A DNA stretch of 22,947 nucleotides from Campylobacterota bacterium (lineage in GTDB: Bacteria; Campylobacterota; Campylobacteria; Campylobacterales; Sulfurovaceae): contig JAYEOM010000013.1 in assembly GCA_034722955.1 (NCBI GenBank), positions 1 through 22,947 of the forward strand, written 5' to 3'. The notes under the pieces were generated by a model, which was not told the origin of the DNA, searched no databases, and was given only the letters and a program-made list of their open reading frames with translations. The position numbers and the translations under genes were made by a program. The number at the start of each line of letters is the position of its first letter. Position 1 is the first letter of the stretch. Shown here one piece after another: positions 1 through 10,489 of this stretch.

Positions 1-136
1 AGAAACTTTTACTACACTTAAAACATAAGGGGTGATAATGATAACTCACTATCTCTAACTCCACTAATAAATTCTTTTATAAGAATAAGTTATTGTAGCA
101 TATTTATCAACTTAAGTATTGATCAAAAGAGTAAAG

Positions 137-221
137 AGTAAAGGGGTCAGGTGATGCTAATGCTATCATTCCATCCCATCGCTAATGGCTATGGTTGTTA
201 GCATCACCTGACCCCTTTACT
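137..221. repeat. Perfect 24-bp inverted repeat (REP-like palindrome) with a 37-nt loop
   Basis: AGTAAAGGGGTCAGGTGATGCTAA (137-160) is the exact reverse complement of TTAGCATCACCTGACCCCTTTACT (198-221). The loop has a nested CCAT/ATGG pairing. Confidence 0.9.
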
Positions 222-222
222 T

Positions 223-501
223 CTATCGGCAACTCAGCAACAAGGAGTTTTGGGTGCGTTTGTAGTAATGGTACCATCCATACTGATGTCGGGCTTTGCT
301 ACACCTGTAGAGAATATGCCCGAGTGGCTCATCCCCGTAACTGATATCATATCACTCAAATACTTTTTGATACTCCTCAAAGGGGTATTCCTTAAAGATA
401 TATCATTTCTCATTGCACTAGAGCTTATTATCCCTATGCTACTACTAGGCTTTATCTCTCTACTCTTGGCATCTTGGATGTTTCGACGAAGAATAGAGTA
501 G
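223..501 (+). pseudogene. ybhR: C-terminal fragment of an ABC-2 type permease (YbhR/YhhJ-like), 5'-truncated
   Basis: The frame reads LSATQQQGVLGAFVVMVPSILMSGFATPVENMPEWL...WMFRRRIE, matching the YbhR C-terminus (STQQQA..G.F...P.ILLSG...PVENMP.WL). Similarity ends at the palindrome, there is an in-frame TAG at 199-201, and there is no room for the rest of a full-length permease. Confidence 0.75.
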
Positions 502-617
502 CCTATAGGGTGTTTTTTAAATGTTTATGATGAGATTAGTCAGATGACATACTACTAAAATAGAGTGGTTCAGATGATATAGTTTATAGTCAGTCGATGA
601 TTTTTTGACAACTTATA

Positions 618-3600
618 TTATTTGTCTGTCTCATAAACCTCCTCCTTCATCTCATCTTCTCTTACTGTCCAGATAAAGACTAGGGGGATAAAGAGAAGTG
701 TCATCAGGGTGCCTATGATCAATCCGCCTATCGCTACTGCACCTAAGGGAGCTAATTTTTCCAAACCTATGGCAGAGCCAAGTGCTACTGGAAGCATACC
801 GGCAGAGACAGAGAAGGCTGTCATCAAAACAGGTCTGCTTCTTAGCGTAATAGCTTCTATCATGGCATCTCGTTTGTTCAACCCATCAGACATACGATCT
901 ATAGCAAAGTGTATGAGTAGTATGGCATTGTTGACTATGATGCCAGATAACAGTATAAAGCCCATCATAGATGGCATAGATACATGGTAGTCGAGTAGCA
1001 ACAGGATCCAAGAGCCACCTATGATCGTAAGCGGGATGGAGACTAGAATCATCAGAGATATTTTGATCGAATTGAACATCGCAACTAGTGTCAAAAATAT
1101 AAAAAGAATGGCAAAACCGATCGCACCTATCATCCTGCCTGCTGACTCTTTGAACTGCTTGATATCTCCTGTCTGCTCCATCTCTACTCCATCGGGGAGT
1201 GTGAGATTTTGCTCTAGTGCAGCTCTCTCAAAGGAGTCCATGATGTGTGTAATGGCAGCTTTTTCACGGTTACCGTAGATATCCAAAGTATAGCTGAGTC
1301 CCTCTCTAGTGATCGTACTCGGCTCTTTGTGTGAAGAGAGCGAGGCGAATGTCTTCAAAGGTACTCTGCCCTCTTTGGTGGGGATAAGTGTCGAGAGTAT
1401 CTTCTCCATAGAGTCGTTCTGAGATTTGGGGAGCCATACTCTGACGAGATAATCTGCACTGTTCTGCTTGGGGAAGCTTGCGATGATACCACCGCGTATC
1501 AACATCTGTATCTCTCTAGTAATCATATCATTGGTCAAGCCATACTGTAGGGCTTTGGACTCATCTATATCCATCGTATAGACGACCTTGTCATCTTCCC
1601 AAGTCCTCGTAACGGAGACGAGTCCCTGAGTCTGATACATCACTTTTTCGATTCTGTTGCCTGCCTCTTTAAGTTGATCAAAATTGGTTGCACTGAGCAG
1701 TACATCGACACTCCCACGAATACTCTTCATCGGACTTCCGCCTGCGGGTGATACTTCGAGTGTTTTGACATGCGGTATCTTTGCCAACTTTGTTCTGAGT
1801 TCTCTGGCGATATCCCAGATGGTTAGATCTCTCTCAAATCGGTTGATGTAACTTGCTTTGATAGCGATCTGATCGACTCCTCCGCCTGCACCGATACTCA
1901 TCACTCCCGGCTCATTCCCGATACTCGCAGAGATACGCAACACCTTCGCCTCATAGTTGAAAAGCCTATTTGCCTCCATGACAATCTCTTCGGATCTCTC
2001 TATAGGGAGGTTAGCATCGACTGTGATCTTGACATTGAGCTCACCAGTATCCATAGGAGGTGTCAACTCTTTGCCTACTACAGGCATGACACCCTTGACA
2101 CTGATCACAAACAGGAGAAGGAGAATGACGAAGTAACCAATAGCAGCTTTTTTGTTGTCGAGTGCCAACTCAACAGCACCCCGAAAAAAATCAACGGTTT
2201 TTTGATTCGCCTGTTCGATATAGCGATGAAAAAAATCTTCTGACTTTCGTATCCAAGGAGTATCAATAGAGAGAAAATAGAGCGAGAGCAGAGGAACAGC
2301 CGTAATAGAGATGATATAAGAGGCAGCCAATGCAAGCAGAAGTGTCCCTATGAGCGGTTGAAAAATAGTCTGCGGATATCCGCCCACGAAAAGAACGGGA
2401 GCTAGGGCGATCATCGTAGTAACTGTACCGCTGAGATCGGCAAACATGATCTCCTTGGTTCCGACAAAGACTGATTTGTGGATCTCTTCATGCATCTCTT
2501 TGTAGTGCCGTTCTATATTTTCCATCACCACGACGGTATCATCCAGCAGCAGTCCTAGTGCCAGTATGATAGCTGTCAGCGTAATAACATTGAAGTCGAT
2601 CCCCACAAGCCACATCAGTGCGATCGTAGCCCCATAGACGATCGGTATCGTGACCAAGACGATCATCACCTGCCTGAAGCTTGCCAAAAAGAGAAATACA
2701 ACGATCGTTGCCATAACAATCGCATCTCTCAGAGACTCGAACATATTGTCTGTACTGAGCTTGATCGTATCTTTTTGTGTATCGGTTACTTGGAAATTGA
2801 TATTGGGGTAGCGTTTGGCAAACCCATCGATGACCTCTTCTACAGAATCGATCGTCTTGACCACATCGGCAGTGGTCGATCTCTGCACGGAGAGGGCGAT
2901 CGCTTTTTGACTGTTGCCATAATAGAGTGCACTATTCTCATAGTGACCGAAGTAGACCTCTGCCACATCAGAGAGTTTTAGGCTAGGTGTTAATGCGAGA
3001 GATCTTATCTTGTTGACTTGGTCTCGCTTGCCTGCTATCTTGAGAAGGTATCGGTTCTCCCTATTTGTCACAATACCCAGTGCATACTCTCTATCATTTT
3101 TCTGTAAAAGTGCCATCACACTGCCCAGTGTCAATCCATACTGATCGAGCCTGTTTTTATCGATAATGATCTGAAGCTCTTTCACATAGCCACCAAAGAT
3201 ATCGACATTGGCGACTCCGGGTGTTTTGAGCAGTTTGTGCTTGATCTCTCCATTTGCCAACTCTCTGAGATCTTCGTAGGAGCTTCCTCTCTCCGGAATC
3301 ATAGCATAGATGACAACAGGAGGTGTCGCCTCTGTGATCTTGATCACCTGTGGTTCACGGATATCCATAGGGAGTCTGGAGCGTATCTTGGCGATGGCAT
3401 TGTTGACATCGTTGAGAGCGTTATTGATATCTTTGGTATACTCAAACTCTGCGTTGATCACTGTCACTTCATCGATGGTCGAAGAGGTGACTCTCCTGAT
3501 CTCATCGAGGGTATAGAGCTCCTCTTCAACAGGAACAGCGACATTCGCAGCGATAGTTTTGGCAGATGCAGAAGGCTCTACGATGACAATCGCTACTTCC

Positions 3601-3743
3601 GGGTAGTTGGAATTGGGAAAAAGATTTCGATCTATCTTGCTGTACCCTATGATACCGATAAAGACAAAAAGTGCCAAAAAGGAGATGATAAAGTGGGGGC
3701 GCCTCAGGAGTCGCTCGATCCAAGATGTACTCTCCCTACTCAT
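618..3743 (-). CDS. RND efflux transporter permease subunit (AcrB/AcrD/AcrF family)
   Basis: 1041 aa with two large periplasmic loops. TM4 GLLLDDTVVVMENIERH, TM10 GIIVNNAILL, RSRPVLMT and PLGAVAIGGL motifs. Confidence 0.95.
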   Translation of the reverse strand: MSRESTSWIERLLRRPHFIISFLALFVFIGIIGYSKIDRNLFPNSNYPEVAIVIVEPSASAKTIAANVAVPVEEELYTLDEIRRVTSSTIDEVTVINAEFEYTKDINNALNDVNNAIAKIRSRLPMDIREPQVIKITEATPPVVIYAMIPERGSSYEDLRELANGEIKHKLLKTPGVANVDIFGGYVKELQIIIDKNRLDQYGLTLGSVMALLQKNDREYALGIVTNRENRYLLKIAGKRDQVNKIRSLALTPSLKLSDVAEVYFGHYENSALYYGNSQKAIALSVQRSTTADVVKTIDSVEEVIDGFAKRYPNINFQVTDTQKDTIKLSTDNMFESLRDAIVMATIVVFLFLASFRQVMIVLVTIPIVYGATIALMWLVGIDFNVITLTAIILALGLLLDDTVVVMENIERHYKEMHEEIHKSVFVGTKEIMFADLSGTVTTMIALAPVLFVGGYPQTIFQPLIGTLLLALAASYIISITAVPLLSLYFLSIDTPWIRKSEDFFHRYIEQANQKTVDFFRGAVELALDNKKAAIGYFVILLLLFVISVKGVMPVVGKELTPPMDTGELNVKITVDANLPIERSEEIVMEANRLFNYEAKVLRISASIGNEPGVMSIGAGGGVDQIAIKASYINRFERDLTIWDIARELRTKLAKIPHVKTLEVSPAGGSPMKSIRGSVDVLLSATNFDQLKEAGNRIEKVMYQTQGLVSVTRTWEDDKVVYTMDIDESKALQYGLTNDMITREIQMLIRGGIIASFPKQNSADYLVRVWLPKSQNDSMEKILSTLIPTKEGRVPLKTFASLSSHKEPSTITREGLSYTLDIYGNREKAAITHIMDSFERAALEQNLTLPDGVEMEQTGDIKQFKESAGRMIGAIGFAILFIFLTLVAMFNSIKISLMILVSIPLTIIGGSWILLLLDYHVSMPSMMGFILLSGIIVNNAILLIHFAIDRMSDGLNKRDAMIEAITLRSRPVLMTAFSVSAGMLPVALGSAIGLEKLAPLGAVAIGGLIIGTLMTLLFIPLVFIWTVREDEMKEEVYETDK

Positions 3744-4803
3744 CCTCTATACTCCTGATCTTTATTTTGCCATAAAAGGGGAGTTTTGAGAGCTTAGTCT
3801 CACTCCCCCGTGCTATATCTCCTCTAGGACAAGGTTGTATCAGTGCCTCTTCGTCATTGGCATACAGCACTTCTATATCGAATGGGGTAAACTTCTCTTC
3901 TCTATAGAGCATGACTTGAGTAGCATCACGCTTGTGTACCAATGTATCTGAAGGTACAATACACCCCTTATACTCTCCTAGCACTACATCTATAGAGATG
4001 AAAGTACCCTCCGGCAAATCCAATGGCTTTATCAGCTCTACCTCTGCTACTGAGAGACCATTTTTTGCTTGAGTATAGATGGTTTTGATACTGCCGATGC
4101 TCTTGCCTTCTCTCAGAACAGATTGCCCCTCTTTTATATATTGATGTTGGGGTGCAAAAGAGAAAGTCATCTTCTGTTGTGGCTGACTCAGTGTCAAGAT
4201 AGGTTGTCCCGGAGTAGCAAGATTGCCCTCTCTTACAAGAATCCGCCCTATAGTACCATCATAGGGTGCTCTGATATCCAAATACTCAAGCTGTATAGAG
4301 AGTTGCTTGATCTTCTCAGCACTGCTCACTATCTGTGTCTTTTTTCCCTCCAGACCGATCTCCAGCTCTTCGAGCTTCTCTTGTGGAAGTGCACCTGCCT
4401 TATGGAGTTTTTGATTGCGATCATAGATCTTTTTGCTGAGAAGATAGTCATTTTTTTGTTGTTTGAGTGTCGCTTCGAGTGTTTTGAGTGAAGCTAGAAG
4501 CTCTCCATTGTCGATCTCTACGAGCAGTGTACCTCTCTTGACTTTTTGTGATTCCAAAACAGCTATTTTTTTGATATAGCCGCTCAACTTGGTGGAGATC
4601 TTCGCCTCTCTCTGTGATGCCAATAGGGCAAGAAAATTTTCTCTTCTCTTTGCACTTCCCTCTTTTGCCTCTATCAGAGAGATCGTCAATAGAGGCAGTG
4701 TAGGAGTTGCAACGCTCTCTGCTGTACTTTTCCGCTCTTTTAGGAGTTTTGCTGCAAAAAATATGATAACGATGAGAAGTAACAGACTTAAGATCTTTTT
4801 CAT
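3736..4803 (-). CDS. RND efflux periplasmic adaptor (membrane fusion protein)
   Basis: N-terminal anchor, lipoyl half-motifs (ISTKLSGYIKKI..ESQKVKRGTLLVEID; IRAPYDGTI) around a coiled-coil hairpin. Overlaps both neighbouring genes. Confidence 0.93.
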   Translation of the reverse strand: MKKILSLLLLIVIIFFAAKLLKERKSTAESVATPTLPLLTISLIEAKEGSAKRRENFLALLASQREAKISTKLSGYIKKIAVLESQKVKRGTLLVEIDNGELLASLKTLEATLKQQKNDYLLSKKIYDRNQKLHKAGALPQEKLEELEIGLEGKKTQIVSSAEKIKQLSIQLEYLDIRAPYDGTIGRILVREGNLATPGQPILTLSQPQQKMTFSFAPQHQYIKEGQSVLREGKSIGSIKTIYTQAKNGLSVAEVELIKPLDLPEGTFISIDVVLGEYKGCIVPSDTLVHKRDATQVMLYREEKFTPFDIEVLYANDEEALIQPCPRGDIARGSETKLSKLPFYGKIKIRSIEDE

Positions 4804-6110
4804 CTCTCAACACCTCTCTCTAGTAGATAATCCATATAAAATTTCCCTTTCTGATAGTTGTATCTGCTCTCGATCAGCTTTGCCGCTGCCAAGTGTGTTT
4901 TGCTTTTGGCATAGAGTAGGTCATTGAGAGTTGCTGCATCATTGAGATAGCGAACACTCTCTATCTTTTCACTTTTTTTTGCCAGTGCAAGTTGTTTGAG
5001 ATTGTTCTGGTAGTTGGCATACTCCTGTTTGATCTTCTCTTGGGCTTCGATGAGTGACTTCCTGAGATCGAGCATCGTCTGTTGCTTCTCAAGCTCAGCC
5101 TCTATTCTACCAATCTTTGCTTTTTGTGTTACAGCATCATTTTTGCCAAAATCAAAAAGTGCCCACTTTACACTAAGACCAATCTGCCAACTGTTTTGAT
5201 CTTCCCAGACACCGCTTCTAGGGTTGCTATCATCATTGGGACCATAGTTGTATCCATAATAACTATCCAAAAATATCTGTGGCAGCTTGCCGGCTCTGCT
5301 CTTCTCTACACCCTTGCCTGCTTTTTTAAGATTGAGATCAGTGATAAGAACTCTATCTAGTCCGGATGAGTCTGCGAGTAGTCTGCCGGTACTATAGTTT
5401 GGTTGAGTTACAGAGACTTTGATATGTTTCATTGTACCGATATGATCCATACCTACCAGACTTGCCAGAGAGGCTTTGGTGATGACAATATTGCCCTTGA
5501 GTATCTCAAGATAGGATGAGTTTCCCTGTAGATCACTCTGTGCTTTGAGGAGATCGATCTCTGCTTTTTTACCAAACTTGACTTCATCAGAGATCTGTTG
5601 TTCCAGTTTTTTGAGTGTCCCTACATAGTTTTGCTGTGCACTATACATCTCTTTTAGTGCCAATACAGATAGATAGAGTGAACTTATATTGTAGACTAGC
5701 TGCTCTTTGGTTAGAGTCGATTTACTCTGAGCCAATTGTGTAGAGATCAAATCCATCTCTATCTGTCTCGTCTGGGCAAAACCGGTAAATAGAGGCACAG
5801 AGTAAGCTACTCCTGTACCAAACAGATTTTGAGTGGTAGAGACATTGGCAGCTGCGATGGGATCCCTCATCGTGATAGGTGTCAGAGGAGCTAGAGTTCT
5901 TGGGAGGCTAAAGTGTGTGTAGCTAGCCACTAGGTTGATACTGCCCAGCTGCTCAGCTTGACTCTCCTCTCTCTTCTCTATAGCATAGTCTATTTGGGTT
6001 TGACTCTTTTTGACCACAGTGCTCTCTTTGAGACCGATCCTGACAAGCTCAGGTAGTGATATAGCAAAAAGAGGATAACTTACGAAGAGTATAGATATGA
6101 TTTTTTTCAT
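4800..6110 (-). CDS. TolC-family outer membrane efflux protein
   Basis: 436 aa with a signal peptide and two OEP repeats (YSVPLFTGF; LPQIFLD...WALFDFG). First gene of the TolC-MFP-RND operon. Confidence 0.92.
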   Translation of the reverse strand: MKKIISILFVSYPLFAISLPELVRIGLKESTVVKKSQTQIDYAIEKREESQAEQLGSINLVASYTHFSLPRTLAPLTPITMRDPIAAANVSTTQNLFGTGVAYSVPLFTGFAQTRQIEMDLISTQLAQSKSTLTKEQLVYNISSLYLSVLALKEMYSAQQNYVGTLKKLEQQISDEVKFGKKAEIDLLKAQSDLQGNSSYLEILKGNIVITKASLASLVGMDHIGTMKHIKVSVTQPNYSTGRLLADSSGLDRVLITDLNLKKAGKGVEKSRAGKLPQIFLDSYYGYNYGPNDDSNPRSGVWEDQNSWQIGLSVKWALFDFGKNDAVTQKAKIGRIEAELEKQQTMLDLRKSLIEAQEKIKQEYANYQNNLKQLALAKKSEKIESVRYLNDAATLNDLLYAKSKTHLAAAKLIESRYNYQKGKFYMDYLLERGVER

Positions 6111-6377
6111 CGTACTTTTCCCTTTGGATGAATCTTTTGCAAAATAAAAGAGTATTTTACTCTTTATTTATGAATTGTAAGTGAACGATCATTGTATAGG
6201 TTAGCCTTATGATGAGTTCAGCATAGATGAGTATAATTTGCTAGAGATATTTCTGTAAATATCAAACACTTTAAACGAATAACAAATTTAAATATCGTAG
6301 AGATATAGATATGGACTATACAATACTAACTAATGGTGCAGTATTTACGATCACTTTATGATGGTTATAAAAATTTT

Positions 6378-6386
6378 TGCTATACT
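6378..6386 (+). promoter_or_regulatory. Extended -10 promoter (TGCTATACT) for the SGNH lipoprotein gene
   Basis: Close match to the Campylobacterota TGnTATAAT consensus, about 30 bp upstream of the TTG start. Confidence 0.5.
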
Positions 6387-6415
6387 TTGTTCCAAATTTT
6401 TAAAAAGGTTTCTTC

Positions 6416-7111
6416 TTGAGTTATATTAGAGTATATTTATTATTAACTATATTGGTCTTTTTCACTGCTTGCGGTGGTTCATCTATAGAGAATCATACAG
6501 CAGCAGCTCAGGCTCCGAAAAATGAAGATATAAGTGAGTCTGTTCGTGTAGCATGTGTAGGTGACAGTGTCACATATGGTTATGGTCTAGATAATCGTCA
6601 TACAGAGAGTTATCCATCTCAACTCTCTGCATTGGCAGGTGCCGAATGGTCGATCGAAAACTTTGGACTGACAAGTGCCACAGTGTTAAAAAAAGGGAAT
6701 GTTCCATACTCTAAAAGTGCATCTTTCGCACAATCACAAGCATATAATCCTGAGATAGTTGTCATCATACTGGGTACCAATGATTCAAAATCTATCAATT
6801 GGAAATACAAAAGTGAATTTATCTCAGACTATACTGCACTTATAGAGAGCTATCAAGCACTGCCAAGTAGTCCGGAAGTATGGATAGCATATCCAACACC
6901 TGCCTACTCTGGAACAGCAGGTATCACAGATAGGGTTATCAGAGAAGAGATCATTCCGATGATTGATATCGTTGCCCAAAATACAGGGGTTGAAGTGTTA
7001 GACCTCTATAGCCAATTGAGTGACTCAGAAGAGCTCTTTCCTGATACAATACACCCAAATGTTGAGGGATCCAATATCATAGCCCAGATAGTTTATGCTG
7101 CTATCTACTGA
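6416..7111 (+). CDS. GDSL/SGNH hydrolase family lipoprotein
   Basis: Lipobox FTAC. SGNH blocks GDSVT, NFGLTS, LGTND and DTIHPN. Confidence 0.9.
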   Translation: MSYIRVYLLLTILVFFTACGGSSIENHTAAAQAPKNEDISESVRVACVGDSVTYGYGLDNRHTESYPSQLSALAGAEWSIENFGLTSATVLKKGNVPYSKSASFAQSQAYNPEIVVIILGTNDSKSINWKYKSEFISDYTALIESYQALPSSPEVWIAYPTPAYSGTAGITDRVIREEIIPMIDIVAQNTGVEVLDLYSQLSDSEELFPDTIHPNVEGSNIIAQIVYAAIY

Positions 7112-7131
7112 TACTAAGGCTAATAGTATAT

Positions 7132-7159
7132 TCCTTGGGGTAGCCTAAGGAGCTTTTTT
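7132..7159 (+). terminator. Probable intrinsic terminator between convergent genes
   Basis: Hairpin TCCTTGGG-GTAG-CCTAAGGA (one G-U pair) followed by GCTTTTTT. Overlaps the stop codon of the EEP gene. Confidence 0.5.
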
Positions 7160-7900
7160 CCGGCTCCTAAACTGTGCAAATAGTGGGTTGTGGTCGGAGA
7201 GTCCCTGACCATCTATGACTGAAGAGTCCAAAAGATCCAATCCACGATAAAATATAAAATCCAGTTGATGCCCCATAAATGATTTGATACTGCTACTCTC
7301 TGCGAATGTTACTGATCTAAGAGAGAGCAGATCCTTGAGTCCTTGAAGTTTCTGCATGCGTTTTGCATTCCAACTATTAAAATCCCCAGAGACGATCATG
7401 GGACCTTCATGCTTTTGAACATAAGAGTAAATTATATCCAACTCCTCTATATATCTCTGATTTTCTCTGAAGTTGATAGCATGTATATTGAGTACCAAAA
7501 GTGTCGTACCATCTCTGAACCTATAGTTACATAGCAGCAGACTCTTGTGCGAACCCAGTATCCCCTCCCTCTCTTTGGAGAGATAGGCTTGTGGATTTTC
7601 TGATTTGGCTTTTCCTGCTGTCAATACACCATAAAATTTGCCTTTCAACTCTAGATTGGCAGCTGCATCAAATGAAAAACCAGGAAAGACACAAGTACCA
7701 TTGTTTTTGAAATTTGCCTCTTGAAAGAGGAGGAGATCTATAGGCTTTTTCTCTATTAAGGTCCCTACAAATGGATGAAAATCTGGGTGTTTGTTGTTTT
7801 TCTTATAGACATTCCAACACAACATTCCAAATGTGTCAGGCAGATATAGTTGACAATTTGACTGGCATGATTGATGGTAAATCAGAGATGGTACAAACAT
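7145..7900 (-). CDS. Endonuclease/exonuclease/phosphatase (EEP) family protein, YafD-like
   Basis: Motifs CWNVYK, LFQEA, NIHAINF, SGDFNSW, LDFIFYRG and SDHNPL. AGGAG RBS upstream. Confidence 0.9.
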   Translation of the reverse strand: MFVPSLIYHQSCQSNCQLYLPDTFGMLCWNVYKKNNKHPDFHPFVGTLIEKKPIDLLLFQEANFKNNGTCVFPGFSFDAAANLELKGKFYGVLTAGKAKSENPQAYLSKEREGILGSHKSLLLCNYRFRDGTTLLVLNIHAINFRENQRYIEELDIIYSYVQKHEGPMIVSGDFNSWNAKRMQKLQGLKDLLSLRSVTFAESSSIKSFMGHQLDFIFYRGLDLLDSSVIDGQGLSDHNPLFAQFRSRKKAP

Positions 7901-8021
7901 AGATTACTCCTGAAGTGTTTTGCAGAGGTTTTCTCTCTCTGGATTTTTAAGTCGCCTGCTAGAGTTGCTCTGCTGACTATACCAATAGCAAATAACTCTA
8001 CCCCTATCTTTGAATCATTCA

Positions 8022-9866
8022 CTATAACACCGCCAACTCTCTCTCATACTTTTGAGAAATCTCATCAAATGACTCCTGTGCATCTTCTAGCTTTTCAAAA
8101 AGTATCTCAATCTCACTACTCTCTTTGGCTATTCTCTTGGAGAGGGATTGTATCTCACCTATATCTCCTGTTTGGGAGGCATCTATCAGAAGTTCATTGC
8201 TCTGTTCAACTGACTCCTCTAGTCTTATGATCTCAGTCTCACACTGCTCTATCTCTCTCTTGAGTGGATTGATCACTTTTCCTCTCGCTACTATGAGATC
8301 AGATCGCTGTTTTTTTAACTCTTTTCTGGAGAGAGTAGAACTGCTTGACTCTTTTTTGGGTTTGGTACTCTCCTCATATTGCTGATCTTCCCACCCTATC
8401 TTTTCGAGAAATGATTCATAATCTCCATCAAAGAACTCTGCTCCATTATCATGAAATATGATGAGCTGGTCAGCTAGACGACGCAGCAGCATCTCTGAGT
8501 GTGTTACCATGAGTAGAGACCCCTCAAATGCTTCGATAGCATCACAGAGCGAATCGATCGACTGCATATCCAAGTGATTGGTAGGCTCATCCAAGAGTAG
8601 CAGATTGGCAGGAGTAGCTATGATCTTGCCTAGCATCACCCTGCTCCGCTCTCCACCAGATAGGACGCTTATCTTTTTGTCTGCCAACTCACCACCGAAC
8701 ATCATCGTACCGCATATCGATCTCACAGATGAGAATCCTAGCTTGAGATCAACACTCTGTATCTCCTCTATGATCGTATTGCTAGAAGATAGTCTCTCTA
8801 TATTGGTCTGCCCAAAGTGGGCAAATGCAGTTTCAGGATGGTAGTAGCATTCACCACTCTGTTTGGGCAGCTCCCCTGCTATATAGTTGAGGAGTGTTGA
8901 TTTTCCTTTGCCATTTTTACCTATGATGGCGATCCGTTTTCCTTTTTCTAAAAAAAATGATATATCTCTGAAGAGTGGCTTGTCGGGATCATATCCAAAT
9001 CCCAACTCTTTGGCTTCTAACAGGCGTTTTGCCGGTGTCTCTCTATATGTAAATTTAAAACTCAGATCTGATTCACCTTGTAGTTTCTCCATCACTTCGA
9101 TCTTCTCTAGCTCTTTGACTTTTCCTTGTGCCATAGCAGCTGTAGAGGCTCTGCTTTTGTTGCGTGCTATGAAATCTTCCAGCTCTGATATCTTCTTCTC
9201 CTGATTTACTCTCATCTTCTCATAGTGGATCTCATCATCAATCAGCTGTCTATAGTATTTTTTAGTATCCCCTTTGATGATCTTCAACCCCTTTCGGTGA
9301 ATCCCCATCGTATGTGTCGTCACCGCATCCATAAACTCTCTATCATGCGTGATGAGTATCACCTCTCCCTCAAAAGTTCGCAAAAATCCCTTGAGCCAAC
9401 GCATAGAGACAATATCCAGATAGTTAGTGGGTTCATCTAGTAGTAGCAGGTTTGGTTCTGTGGCGAGTAGTTTGACCAAGTTGATCCGTATCTGATATCC
9501 ACCAGAGAAGCTCATAGGGTCTCTCTCTAGATCACTCTGACTAAAACCCAATCCAAAGAGTAACTTCTCTATTTTATATAGATTGTACTGCTCCTCTTCA
9601 CTCAATACCTCTGCACACTCTGCGATGACAGTCGGTTGACTGAACTCTATATGCTGCTTCAATGCACCAATAGTATACCCCTTGGATACGGTGATTTCAC
9701 CCTCATCATAATGCTCCTCATCCATGATGATTTTGAATAGTGTAGATTTTCCGGAACCATTGCGTCCTACCAAACCTATACGATTGCCAGGAGCAAGTAT
9801 AAAATTCAAATCTTTAAAAAGAGGAACCGCATGGAAGCTTTTTGTTAAGTTAGTGATTTTGATCAT
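8022..9866 (-). CDS. ABC-F family ATP-binding protein (YheS/Uup-like)
   Basis: Two NBDs (GRNGSGKST/FSGG/LLLDEPTN and GKNGKGKST/LSGGE/LLLDEPTN), no TM segments, C-terminal coiled coil. Confidence 0.93.
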   Translation of the reverse strand: MIKITNLTKSFHAVPLFKDLNFILAPGNRIGLVGRNGSGKSTLFKIIMDEEHYDEGEITVSKGYTIGALKQHIEFSQPTVIAECAEVLSEEEQYNLYKIEKLLFGLGFSQSDLERDPMSFSGGYQIRINLVKLLATEPNLLLLDEPTNYLDIVSMRWLKGFLRTFEGEVILITHDREFMDAVTTHTMGIHRKGLKIIKGDTKKYYRQLIDDEIHYEKMRVNQEKKISELEDFIARNKSRASTAAMAQGKVKELEKIEVMEKLQGESDLSFKFTYRETPAKRLLEAKELGFGYDPDKPLFRDISFFLEKGKRIAIIGKNGKGKSTLLNYIAGELPKQSGECYYHPETAFAHFGQTNIERLSSSNTIIEEIQSVDLKLGFSSVRSICGTMMFGGELADKKISVLSGGERSRVMLGKIIATPANLLLLDEPTNHLDMQSIDSLCDAIEAFEGSLLMVTHSEMLLRRLADQLIIFHDNGAEFFDGDYESFLEKIGWEDQQYEESTKPKKESSSSTLSRKELKKQRSDLIVARGKVINPLKREIEQCETEIIRLEESVEQSNELLIDASQTGDIGEIQSLSKRIAKESSEIEILFEKLEDAQESFDEISQKYERELAVL

Positions 9867-9976
9867 GATTTATTACTTTATAGTTGATTGATTGATGTAA
9901 TGATACTATTTTAAGTTTAATTGATGTAAACTAAGAGTGTATTTTCAATACATAATTTTTCCTCAAGGAGATAAAT

Positions 9977-10345
9977 ATGAAACATATTTTTACCGGGATT
10001 GCTATTTCTGTTGGGACACTTCTAGCTCTAACTAGTTCAGTATCTGCCAATGAAGCTGTAGATAAAGGCGAAGCCGTTGTCCAAGAGACAGGTAAAGTTG
10101 CAGGCGGTGCAGTTGGTGGTGCTGTAGGCGGTGTTGTAGGTGCAACTACAGGTGCTGTTAAAGGAACTACTGACGGTGCAGTTGAAGGAGCAAAAAAAGG
10201 TAATGAAGTAGTACCAGTAGCAGGTGCCGTTGTAGGCGGTGTTGCTGGAGCTGCTGCTGGTCTTATAGAAGAGACAGCCAAAGGTACAGTTTCTGGTGTT
10301 AAGAAAGGCGCTGAGAAAGGCGTTGAAGCTGTTGAGAAAAAATAA
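9977..10345 (+). CDS. Small secreted glycine-zipper protein
   Basis: AAGGAG RBS, signal peptide ending in VSA, repeated GGAVGG/GAVxG motifs. Confidence 0.8.
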   Translation: MKHIFTGIAISVGTLLALTSSVSANEAVDKGEAVVQETGKVAGGAVGGAVGGVVGATTGAVKGTTDGAVEGAKKGNEVVPVAGAVVGGVAGAAAGLIEETAKGTVSGVKKGAEKGVEAVEKK

Positions 10346-10356
10346 CAGTCTCATCC

Positions 10357-10390
10357 AAGTCAGGTAGTGCGGTTTACTGCACTCCTGCTT
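10357..10390 (+). terminator. Hairpin downstream of the glycine-zipper gene (possible terminator)
   Basis: CAGG-T-AGTGCGG-TTTA-CTGCACT-CCTG stem-loop shortly after the stop codon. The U-tract is weak. Confidence 0.4.
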
Positions 10391-10438
10391 ACTGCAAGGT
10401 CATTTTAATTTATATTTATATAGCATTATGGTTAACTA

Positions 10439-10447
10439 TGCTAAAAT
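10439..10447 (+). promoter_or_regulatory. Extended -10 promoter (TGCTAAAAT) for sulP
   Basis: Consensus-like box about 42 bp upstream of the GTG start. AAGGA RBS present. Confidence 0.5.
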
Positions 10448-10489
10448 TCCAAAAATTTTACCCTCCTCTTTAAAATATAAGGAAATTCT

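Noticed and set aside
709..5360. Numerous short alternative-frame ORFs within the efflux operon
   Set aside because: They overlap well-supported long genes and show no recognisable motifs.
9931..10354. Antisense ORFs 9931-10281 and 10037-10354
   Set aside because: Shadows of the Gly/Ala/Val-rich plus-strand gene, which has the RBS and signal peptide.
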